Below, one piece after another: positions 12,401 through 23,060 of a DNA stretch of 64,000 bases. Under the pieces are notes generated by a model that made no database searches, was not told where the DNA came from, and saw nothing but the letters and a program-made list of their open reading frames with translations. How positions within the stretch are numbered: the first letter of the stretch is position 1; each line of letters opens with the position of its first letter. Source of the stretch: Takakia lepidozioides (lineage: Eukaryota > Plantae > Bryophyta); contig CM060731.1 in the NCBI GenBank assembly GCA_030704615.1, positions 19,778,001 through 19,842,000 on the forward strand. The letters run 5' to 3'. The translations under genes and the position numbers were made by a program.

Positions 12401-12780
12401 CGAAAAGGAATGGAAAACCGGTTCGTCGTGTTGAGGCAGGTGCAGATAACCAGTGCAAAATTGAGTATGCGAGAACCCTGCAGTGTCGGGTTACCCAAAT
12501 TGTTAATGTCCCCCCTCCAGGCTATGGGCGGGTGTACAGTATGGTGACTTTGGGATCGGTTCTTCATGATAGGACTTATGACATTACTATTGGGAATTTT
12601 CCTAATTGCACATGCCCGGACTTCGACAACACGATAAACAGCTCCATTGGAAAGAGGTAAATTTGTCCCATGCAAACATCTTTACTACATCTACATTCTC
12701 AACGAGATACGTGCATTCACCAATGCACAATGGGTCCCAGTGACGTTCAAACACTTCTGCAGAGAGATAGGGTAGTTGAC
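9422..12780 (+). pseudogene. MULE-type DDE transposase with Cys/His-rich (WRKY/GCM-like) N-terminal zinc region and C-terminal SWIM finger; frameshifted
   Basis: CVGHLRCANSDC...CKFC...CIHFGTHAHP; VMFDHVKR (D1); GFMADSAQANWNVVRTVF (D2); RERTCLLHW (CxxH); SCNLAETIY (E); PNCTCPDF...PCKHLYY (SWIM, ~12601-12690). Start approximate. Confidence 0.85.
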
Positions 12781-12844
12781 ATCTGACGTGTTTTGTGGGA
12801 GTTCTGTATGTGTCAATGACTCCACTTTGCTGAATTACTTTGAT

Positions 12845-13689
12845 ATGCTCCACTATCGCGAGTTCACCAATGTTTCTTAATTTGTCCACTATTGGAATTG
12901 AGACCAGTCACTCTTCATGGATCCACTTTGATCAAGTAAACCCAAACCTTTCCCCATTTTTGGGCTTTTATGTATTTATTTTATTTTATTTTATTTTTGT
13001 CTCTTATCGTATTTGGTGAAATTCCCATGTCTAAACAAGGCATGGGATTAAGATGTTGTTGACGACATCTTAATTCGTGCTTCCCTGAGCAGGATTACAG
13101 CTCCCCCCTATGGTTCTCTCCAGCCAATCTAATTTTATATGCTCCACTATCGTGAGTTCACCAATGTTTTAATAGATCCACTAATGCAGTCAGTCTTCAT
13201 GGATCCACTTTGTTCAAGTAAACCCAACCCTTTCTCCATTTTGGGGCTTATATATATATATATATATAGTGTGATTTATCCTGTTTGGTGAAATTCCCAT
13301 TTTCAAAGAGGGCAGAGGATTAAGATGTCGTTGACGACATCTTAATTCGTCATTCCCTGAGGAGGGTTTCAACTCCCCCCTATGGTTTTTTCCAGGCCAG
13401 ATTTATTTTCTTGCAACGATTTTCATGGGTTCATTTCTCATGCTGAGCATGCAATTTAAGATGTCGTTGACGACACCTTAATGCTTTGTTCAAGTAAACC
13501 TCCATTTTTGGGCTTACATATATATAGGGCAGGGGATTAAGATGTCGTTGACGACATCTTAATTCGTCATTCCCTGAGCAAGGTTTCAACTCCCCCTATG
13601 GTTTTTTCCAGGCCACATTTTTCTTCTTGCAACGATTTTCATGGGTTCATTTCTTATGCGATTTAAGATGTCGTTGACGACACCTTAAT
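12845..13689. repeat. 3' cluster of five palindromes (13047, 13319, 13455, 13536, 13662) inside larger tandem duplications
   Basis: ATTAAGATGTCGTTGACGACATCTTAAT variants. Flanking blocks (atgctccactatcg, caagtaaacc, ctccccctatggtt) recur 2-3 times. Confidence 0.9.
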
Positions 13690-13984
13690 GCTTGGTGCAT
13701 GCGCTTGCTGATCCCACAGCAGACATGCTCATACAGTCCTCCATAGTCCCCTCATCTGGACAACTTCTCATTCGTGCTTCATCCAACGTTCATCCATTAC
13801 ACTTTTACGTCCATCCCAAATCCATTCATCCGTGAATGTATCATCGTGCATTCGTGCCACGTTGTCGTCATGGAGCCTGTCTGTCTTCAGTCCGATGGAG
13901 CGGAGACTGCGTCTTTGCAGTGAAGTTGGCGTCCACGGAAATAGGTCCACTTGTCCCCACGGTTTTGAGGTCCGCAAGCGAAAT

Positions 13985-14077
13985 ATGCTCACGCTTTGAT
14001 TCTGCTCACGCTTCGGGGAATCTGCTCACGAATCCAGGAATCTGCTCACAGGTTCTGCTCACGGCTTTGCTGCCCTC
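13985..14077 (-). repeat. Right imperfect TIR and subterminal TCTGCTCAC repeats
   Basis: Five (TC)TGCTCAC copies in the last ~90 bp, the inverse of the left-end GTGAGCAGA motif. Confidence 0.8.
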
Positions 14078-14086
14078 TCTGCACTC

Positions 14087-14620
14087 TCCAAACTCTTGGA
14101 TAGCAGCGGATGGGAAACCCTACTCGGTTATGTACATTACTGGGATTCAGCATGGTATTCTTTCCGGCTATTGTTTTAAGGCAGATGGATTCTTGGGTTT
14201 CCTCAACATCTACTCTCAAGAGACGCAATCCATTACTGACAGGGATGCCCACCCTGCTAGAATATGCTATTGGTCATCCCCATCCAAAGAATTTAACCCC
14301 TCGGTTCCGGAAAATGTAGCACCACTGGACTGGATCTCTTCTGCATCCTTTGCTTGGATAGGAGGAACGCAGATCCAAAACCTGCACTCACAAACGCCGG
14401 ATCTCTTCCTGACAAGTGGGATATGAAATGGTCCCATGAAAACTTCCACCATGAAAATTGGGGTAGTATTTGGAGCTTGATCTGGGACAAGAGAAAACCT
14501 GCAAAAATTAGTGCATTCTTGTGGCAGATTGCAAATAGAGTGCTCAAGGTAGGCCAGTTCCTCAAATTTCCGGAGGCACTACTTTGCTCCTACCGCAACT
14601 TGGGATCTATCAAGTGTGAT
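14087..14620 (+). pseudogene. Decayed LINE ORF2, right fragment (zf-RVT region)
   Basis: NWGSIWSLIWDKRKPAKISAFLWQIANRVLKVG is the W..+W....P.K+..FLW.+....L.. zf-RVT signature. Confidence 0.75.
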
Positions 14621-16029
14621 GAAATTTGTATCATAGACTCAGCCTTGGACTCTTCGCAATAACACATGGTAGACAAGTTTTGAAGGCCTAATTAAACTGT
14701 AAAGCAGTCGAGGCTACAAAGAACTCCACTAATGCATAGGTAATGGCATGACATAGGACCAAAGTATGATACGACATATGTTTTACAATTCATTACGCAA
14801 TAGATGTCATCAAGGGCAACCAAATTGGTTGCAGTCCCACCCACCAATGTCGAGATTTGCAATGTTAATGTAACCTTACTACAATCCGGTTATGTTGATT
14901 TTGGAGGCTCTTTAGATCTTTTCATTTTGGTATAAAGGGAGAGAGCCCAAATTTGTTAATTAACGAGAAGCAGGAAAAAAATAAGCTTGCGGGGTACCAT
15001 GAAGGCTGAAAGAGGAGACATTGAGTCGGGTAACCAAAAGTACAAATGAAGTAAGGGAAAAGAGAAGCCAAGAAGCATTCCTAAAAACTACCCCTCTTGT
15101 GCTTAACCCCTAAGCACCGAGTGGGTAAGTTTGACTTTTTTGGAAAAAAACTGACCCCTGACCAGAAAAATCAGAATAACTCCCTGAAAAAAAAAAATCT
15201 GCAAAATTTGACCGCACAAAAGCTGCCTACCTACCTCTTGCAGGGCTCTGTAAATTTCCAAGGCAATCAGGAACCATGCTAGGAAAGTGGAGCAGTACTC
15301 TCCACTAGGAAAGAAGTTTCGAATGATTTTTAACGACTTCCATGTCAAGCTACAAAATTGGTTGATCCTCCTCTAGTCGTGTGGCTACTTCACTCCACAC
15401 TTCCAATGGCATGTTAGGAGAAGAGTTTGAAAAATGCAGGGCATTGCCTAAAATAAAACCATTGTATCGATGTTAGACCATAATTTTCTTCTATTGTCTC
15501 TGACAGAACGATTGCCTCAGAATGATCTCCCCCCACACGGCCCTTCTGGAATTGTGGAGACAAAGGGCCTCATGATTGTGGAAAAAACTTGAAAGGAATG
15601 TACGAATTTGAGGGTAGGTAGGAGAGAGCAATGAAGAAGAACGGCGAGAGCGTGGAATAGACAACATAGACAACACATGAGGATAGCTCAATCCCCTCAC
15701 CGCGGATATCGAGCTTCACGTCTCTCACCTTGACTAGTCCCAACTCATTGCCAAACAAGAGGCTTTTACTTACGCTAACTCTCGAATTGAAAAACAAAAA
15801 AGGGGAAAAACAACCTTGAAAAATGTCGGTTCAGTCTAATGTTGCACTTCGATAGAACAATAAACATTACTCTGGGAGCTTTACTTGGTTCCTTTCTGCC
15901 CCCTTAAGAATGCTTCAGTTCGACCCAGTAGAGTGGATTTAAATGAACAAGAAACATGATCACTTCTTCTCTTAATACTCGGTCGAGCTTGGTTACAATT
16001 TACTCCCACTAGTGCGACTTCTTGACCGG

Positions 16030-16600
16030 AAATGGACTAACCAAGTGGGCTCATCTCCCTGGTCTTCATTCCTCCTAGAAATCTATTTGGTCTGATATCT
16101 GGAAGAAACTGCTAAAAACTCAACATTTCTCTGGAAGCTTACGAACAGGATACTTCCGGTAGGGGCACTCTTTTATGATAATCCCTTTCAATGCTCTACT
16201 TGTCATTTGGACATGATAAAATCCATAGAACATTGTTTCGTTCTGTGCCCCTTTGCCTCTTCCATTAGGTGTTATGCAAGTCTTTCTACTGATCTAACTA
16301 GAACACCAATCTTATCTTCTCTACCTCTACGTTGCTTCTCAATGTCAATCTTGGTGTCATTTCATGTTCCTGCCCTGTTTGGGGATCTCTTAGAGGAATT
16401 ATTCTCTGGTACACATGGAAAATGAGATGTTCGGTGATTTTCGAAATCTCTAGGCCCTGTCTGCAGAAGGTGCTTTCCCGGGTTCACTTAGACCTTATGT
16501 CTGAAGCTCGTAAATCCTGGTGTACTGTGTTCTCTATGGCTATTCGCAACTGCAGTGAAAAGAAGGCGAACTCAGTTACTCTCAAACTTTGACAGCTCCT
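16030..16600 (+). pseudogene. Second LINE 3' relic (zf-RVT / CCHC)
   Basis: TFLWKLTNRILPVG...CSTC...KSIEHCFVLCPFA and IILWYTWKMRCSVIFE. Confidence 0.7.
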
Positions 16601-17254
16601 GGGGGGAATGACGGATCTGGTGACTGCACCGTCGCAGCATTCGCAAAGGCAAAGCAAAAGCAAAAGCTTAGCTCTACTTCGAACCCCCAAAATGGAAAAG
16701 ATGCAGCCTCTAGTAGGTCTATCTTACTCTTTTACTCTCAATTTCCCTAATAGTTCTGCCTTATGCTCCTACTCTCAGTTTCCTTTCTAGATCCCCTAAT
16801 CTTTGATTTACTAGTACTAACTCTTTCAACCCTCTTTCATCGTTTCTTGACCTTGAGCTTGGAGCAGTGTTTTGTTTATCTACCTTCCTGGCCCAATGTA
16901 AGGTTATTTTTTCCTTACCCTTCAATAAACTGGGGGATCATCCACTTCCCAACCAAAAAAAAAAATCTTATAATTTTTAACTTTATTAGATATGTTACAT
17001 TTGAAAATAAAGTGAATTGTCAAGGCAACCTCTAGCCTAATTGCCTCACTATGTACCCCCAATTCATTTGGGGAGTTTGGGAAGGTTGGAAAAGCAGACA
17101 TGATGGGAACAACGGGAGGCTTGGAGAGGGGGGGAAGTGGGTCAACGAGACGTAGACACATGTGTTGTTAGGTGGTTGGAGTGGCCAATGGGCTCGCAGG
17201 TAGGACTGCATGCAATGTTTTTTTTTAAATGATTGCATGGGATGAAGCATAAGT

Positions 17255-17480
17255 GGCATAGAGAGGCGGTGGGCCCAAGACTAAGTGCGCAAAAGAGATG
17301 AGAGCGGAGGAGCGGGAGGAGCAAAGAGGAGAGATACACAATAGCAACAGTGGGCCCAACGTAATCAGTAAAAGCCTGGGAGCGGAAGGCCATAGAGGCG
17401 AGATACAGTGTAGCAACGGTGGGGCCAATGTAGTTAGCAGAAGGGCGGGGGCGGGAGGCCATAGAGGCGAGGTATCGCTG
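17255..17480 (+). repeat. ~60-bp imperfect tandem repeat (3-4 units) upstream of the HUH relic
   Basis: Recurrent gcgggaggccatagaggcgagatac...agcaacggtgggcccaa units. Confidence 0.6.
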
Positions 17481-17559
17481 AACCAAGCGACTGGGTACCG
17501 ATTGGGTAGCAATCATGGTAAGAAAGGGTCATACAGAAGGTGTCGACGCAGATCCTGTA

Positions 17560-18215
17560 AAAATTGAGTCTATGAAAACGTTGGCTAAAGATAAAGCCAT
17601 TGCAAGTAGACGCTTAGGCAAAAAATAACTTGAAGTAAGCGTCACTATGGCGGTAGCAGGAGCAGACATCGATACAGGTTGTCTCTCGAAAATGGAACGT
17701 TTTCCACGAACACAATGTGTGTCAGGTGTTTGTGCACTGGAGAGAGGTGTGACTTTGTTTCATGCCTATTTACAAACTTGTATGTAAAGTTTACGTATCG
17801 AGTTTGATCATGCTGAACAAACAAATTAAAAATGCTTTAGGTTGGGACAATCCAAAATCTGCACTAGCCAGACATCATGTGCATTGCAAGCTATTACAAG
17901 GCAAAGGCCTCCACACATATGTTGGCATGATCGGCTACTGTCTGAAAGACATCGACGAACCAAATTTCTACTTCGTCTACGTGAATGTTATCGATGAGGA
18001 GATGCAAGATGGAATGGATCAGGATACAAAGTTTGGTGTCTGCTTCGGAAAAACAAAGGTTTGTCTCTCACACCAAAATGTTTTGTAGAGAGCACGCATG
18101 TGATGCAGATACAAAATGAAAGGGCAATTGAATTCAACGTTGCCGCGTGTTCTCCTCCATATGATGAAGTCTGGTCAGTATTTCCCTTCTGCCAATTGGA
18201 TTGTACCGGTTAAAA
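17560..18215 (+). pseudogene. Replitron-like HUH (Rep) endonuclease relic, cut by the adjacent LTR insertion
   Basis: VCALERGVTLFHAYLQ (decayed HUH motif), LNKQIKNALGWD, HVHCKLLQGKGLHTYVGMIGYCLKD (catalytic Y motif), NFYFVYVNV..EEMQDG. Frameshift and stops present. Confidence 0.72.
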
Positions 18216-18221
18216 ACAGCG

Positions 18222-18409
18222 TGTCGTGCGCATACATATCGCTACACAACTACATCGTTGTCTAAAACCACACAACACATGTGCACACCACACACTAGTA
18301 TACCACTAGTCCACCACTAGTCCAGCCACTAGTTCAACCACTAGGCTACAACTAGTCAGTCACTAGGCTGCCACTATGCTGCCCACTATGGCAGTCACTA
18401 GTCCACACA
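18222..18409 (-). repeat. Putative short 3' LTR (~188 bp) rich in CACTAG sub-repeats
   Basis: Starts TGTGTGGAC right after the PPT and ends ..CGACA. No second LTR is present to confirm the boundaries. Confidence 0.55.
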
Positions 18410-18678
18410 ATTGCCCCCCTAGCTGGTGCTTAGGTCCCTCTAAGTCCAGGTAGCCACAAGATGTGATAGTGACCATAGCCTCACTAAGTCCTCCACCACT
18501 ATCCCTACTACACTCAAACTCAATAGATCAAGAGGCCGGGTGCAAGAGTTGCCCCATCGTTAGTCGCCGTCTTGCAACCTGTGAACTTGAGCTTGGGATC
18601 TCATGTATTGACTCCTATGAGCTTGGCCTCCCATGTCTTGTTAGCTGCCTCCAGTCATGTCCACTGCCACTATCCCAA

Positions 18679-18812
18679 GCAGTGTGGACACAACCAATCT
18701 CCGTCAGGAACCTTCTCAAGAGGTGGTGTCAAGCATCCCATATGCCAACCCCTTGAACATCGATCACACACCAGCATGGTGGCTGCCTCTTTGGCAGACC
18801 CACAGAACATGC
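18679..18812 (-). CDS. PHD finger at the integrase C-terminus
   Basis: CMFCGSAKEAATMLVCDRCSRGWHMGCLTPPLEKVPDGDWLCPHC is a complete C4HC3 finger. Confidence 0.92.
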
Positions 18813-21800
18813 ACCTCAAACCTGCAGGTACCACTGCCAAGTTTGGGTCAACTCTGCCATCGACATTGGGAAGCGGACATGGCGCACAATTACGCACATG
18901 GTCTTTCCAAGTCATGCCATCCCGACCCTCCAAGATCAGGACTCCTGAGGGCAACACCTCTTGAACCCTCAGAATAACACGCCCTATAGTAACATCCAGA
19001 GTCGTAGGAGCAGTCTGCTGCAAATAAACATAGTCACCAGGGCTAAACCTCCGAACCCCAGGACGATATCCTCCATCACGTATAGTGGCATACCTCAACG
19101 TATCACGGTGCTGTGCAATGGCAAGGTTCTCAAAAGCCATGGGCATGACTTTCTTGAACAACTCTGCACGCTGATCACATGCACGTACCCAGACGTCCGG
19201 ATCGTCAAGGTTAAGGACTTGAGCAGTGTCCCTACGAATGGCTGCAGGCAAATCCGGCTCTCGGCCAAAGAGAAGGAAATATGGTGAGAAGGAGGCAAGT
19301 GATGCTTGTTTGCTGAACCTGTAGCCCATGGCTAACCAAGGAACCTGAAGATCCCAATATCCTAGGTGTCCCTTCTGCAAGCCATACTTGCGCAAACCCC
19401 TCTTCACCGTCTGAACAACTCTCTGTGCCAAGCCATCGGCCTCAGGATGATGATCGCGAGAAGTGGTGCGGTGGTCTATCAAGGCTTTATCACACAAAGC
19501 CTGAAACTCCCCCAAGAACTCTCTCCCTTGGTCCGTGAGTACCTCAGCTGGAGCACCAAATTGGCTAAGCACACGATCCAAGAATGCATACGCAGCCCCC
19601 TCACTAGCTTTGTCAGGTAATGGAACCAACTCAATCCACTTGGAGAAGTGTTCCACCATCACCAACACATATCTGTGGTGGCGCATAGTCAGTGGCAACG
19701 GTCTTGCGAAGTCAAGACTCCACCTGTAGCCCAATCCCATGATTGATAAAGGATGCAACTGTGGTGTAGGGGCGTTGAATGAAGCACGCACCCTGTCACA
19801 CACCATGCACCTAGCCACAAACTGTTGCACCTCTGTATGCATACCACGCCACCAATACTGCCCCTGCAGTAAACTGTGAGTGCGTCGCACTCCAAAATGC
19901 CCCAACTCCTCATGGGCATGCCGCACTAACCGTGCACGCTGTGTGGGGTGAGGCACAATCCTCACCCGACCATCCTCCCACACTTGAAGTAGGTGTATCC
20001 TCTCCCACTTGAACCTCTTGGCTCGTTGTAGGATCCGATCCCTCTCCCTGGCAGTCACAGTGGCTGCCGTGTCTCTCGTGCAGAGGTAGTCCAACACAGC
20101 CGAATCCTCATGTATATCTCTGGCACCACCTGGCTCATCACTAGCCTCAGGGTCCTCAGACACTCCGTCTACAGTCATCCCTGTAGTAGGTCCAACCTGA
20201 CCTCCCGATGCCAAGATACACAAAAAATACAGATGCGTGCCATCCCGACACCATCTCCTCGTCCGTCTCACCATGCCACCGAGCTCCAGTGTCATCCTGT
20301 TGGCTCGTGCATGGATTGCAACTCAATCCATCCGCATCCCGATTGACCAAACCCGGTCGATGCACAACCTGAAAGTCATACTCCTGGAGTATGAGTGCCC
20401 ACCGTGCAAGCTTCCCCGTAAGCTTGTTTGACTCCATCAACCACTTGAGTGGTTGGTGATCCGTGACAAGGGTGAAAAGATTGTCGTATAGATAGCACCT
20501 GAAGTGTGCCACGGCCCACACTGCAGCTAAGCACTCTCCCTCATATGAGCTGTACTTAGCCTCTGCAGCGTTGTTCGAGCGGCTAGCATAAGCCACTACG
20601 AACTCTCTTCCCTCATCATCCACCTGTGTGAGCACCGCTCCAAGCCCCAGCATGCTCCAATCCGTATGCAGTTGAAAGGGACGCCCCCTGATAGGTCGTT
20701 TCAGGATAGGCGCTGAGGTCAACCTCACCTTGAGCTCTTGAAAAGCTCGTTCCTGCTCATCTTCCCACTGCCACTCCTGGTCCACCTTGGTCAGCTTGGT
20801 TAAAACCTTTGCAATGGTACTAAATCCCTTGACAAACCGTCTATAATAGTTTGCCAACCCCATGAAAGCTCGAACTCGGCTCACATCCGTGGGGCGTGGA
20901 ATTTGTGCAATGGCCTCTACCTTAGTCTGCTGTACCCCCAATCCTCCAGGATATATCATGTGACCCAGATACTCAATCTGGTTGTGGAAAAACTTGCACT
21001 TCCCCGGATGCAACTTCAATCCGTGCGCTCTCAAGCGCTCCAATACCACCTGAAGGTGTCTCTCATGCTCCTCCATCGTAACACTAAAGATGATGATGTT
21101 ATCTATGTAGCACCGAGCAAAGTCCACCCCTGCTAGAATCCTATCCATGACTCTCTGAAACTCTGCAGGAGCATTCTTAAGCCCAAATGGTAAGAACCGC
21201 CACTGATATAGGCAATCCTTGCCGTGCTCATTGATCCCCCATAATGCCGTCTTCTGCTTGTCCGCCTCCTTGATTGGCAACTGGTGATATCCGGATCGTA
21301 AATCCAAAGTGCTAAAGGCCTTAGCATGCCCGATGGCATCAAAGATCTCCTCTGGTGTTGGCATGGCAAACTTATCGGACTTGGTCTGACGATTTACAGG
21401 CCGGTAATCACCACACATACGTCTCTCCGTCCAATTGCCATAGACATCCTTCTTGGCTGGCATCACTGTGGCTGAAGCATACTCTCCACCAGAGAGCTCC
21501 ACCAAACCTGCCTCCCAGAGATCTTGAGTCCTCATCTGAATCAAAGACCTCTCCATGTCACTGTATCTATAGGGTCTCCGAAAGATTGGCGTGTCAGTGG
21601 CCAACTCAATACGGATCTCTTGACCCTTCAGTGCTCCCAAGTCCTTCAAACTGAAGGCAAAACAATTCTTGTAAGCCCTCAGGAACCGCCGTATACGTTG
21701 TCTCTCTCCTCTGGTGACAATGGGTCCAATGTCAGGCTCCCAATTGTCCTCCGTAACTGCAACCTTAAGTCCAGCGGGCTTAGAGGTAGAGGACGCGTCC

Positions 21801-22109
21801 AGTGGTTGCTATGTTGCAACCTCTTGAGCAGTACTCCCTGCCTGCTCAGTCAATGATAAGGCCTCATCCTGCCCCATCATCTCATCCTTGAGGACCTCCT
21901 CAACCTGGGAAGAATCCCCAACCTCATCCATCACAGCCGCCTTGGCTGCCAACTCCCTCTGAACCTCCAGCACCTCCCACGTGTGCCATGGATGCATGCA
22001 CCCCGTGGTCGTCACATGCTCGCCCCCACTCACTGCCTGTACCGTCTCGGTAGGCAGAGAGACCATCGAGGGAAGTGTATTCCGCACTCTGCGTTGCTCA
22101 GCCAGAGCC

Positions 22110-23060
22110 AAGCTGATAATCCAGGTCAAGCAATTGAGATCCATTGCTTGCCCCAACACTTGACGACGTGATGCCTCAGAAAGAGACGACATCGCCGTGG
22201 TACCAGTGGTAAAACCCATTGCCCGCTCACGCTCGTCAGCATTAGGCTCCACTAACTGCTGCAATTGAGCATCCCACAAGAGGCCAGGTCCACTATCCCG
22301 GAAAGCATGCGATCCTGGGAAGCTGAGCAGTGTAGGTAATGTTGCTCGTGGTTGACCCACCTTGTTGACCACTGCCAAAGGCGAACGGTCATCGTGTCTC
22401 ACACGCGGAGACTGCCTCCCTGTGTCCAGACTGCTATCCACTGTGAGATGTGTTGGCCGCTGCACCCCATCAAATGCACGCTTGAGCAGTGCGGGTGGCA
22501 TCATGTTAGTCCACCATAGCCGTGGACGATGAGCCCGTGACCCCACTGTAGCGGCATCTAGCAACACTGCTGATCCAAGCCACGACCGGACTTGATGCAC
22601 ACTGGCCATCACCCTGGCCCGAGAATCGCCCATCAGTGGCACATTCTCCAAGATGTATGCTGGAGATACAGCTTGATGAAGCTGCAAGTGGCGCAAAACC
22701 CGCACCATCTCCCAAAATAGACCCGACCTCGAGTCTCGCAATCCATTGCCATGCCCGGCTGATGAATGCCCTTGGTAGGGCCAACCTGCCACTACCAGAT
22801 CAATGGAGCCAACCCGCTCCAAATCCTGCGCCCCCAGCAACAAAATGTCTGCTGGCAAGGCCTGCTGATATCCACGAATTGCAGACACCGACAACAACTT
22901 AGGGTACCGCTGCACCAACTGAGCAACATGGCGAAGTGAAACACGTCATGCAGTCTCATCCCTCTCCACATACATGTAACGCCAAACTCGTATACCTGCC
23001 TGTAACACAGTAGCCAATCCGGTGCTGATCCCGCCAAACAAGTCCAGAAGACAAATGCCT
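22110..23060 (-). CDS. DNMT3-like cytosine-5 DNA methyltransferase domain inside pol (catalytic PC reads PY in this copy)
   Basis: Motif I LLDLFGGI, motif II YVERD, motif IV IDLVVAGWPYQGHS, SGLFWEM, motif VI YILENV, motif VIII AHRPRLWWTN, motifs IX/X ERERAMGF..RRQVLGQAM. Confidence 0.9.

Larger units (their letters stand above)
773..14077. mobile_element. Mutator-like (MULE) DNA transposon, ~13.3 kb, with transposase and ParB-methyltransferase cargo
   Basis: Exact 9-bp direct repeat TCTGCACTC at 764-772 and 14078-14086. Imperfect TIRs begin with G. Internal MULE-type DDE transposase with CxxH and SWIM motifs. Confidence 0.88.

Noticed and set aside
14900-15800. Possible gene fragment on the minus strand
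   Set aside because: Short broken ORFs with no motif I can recognise.
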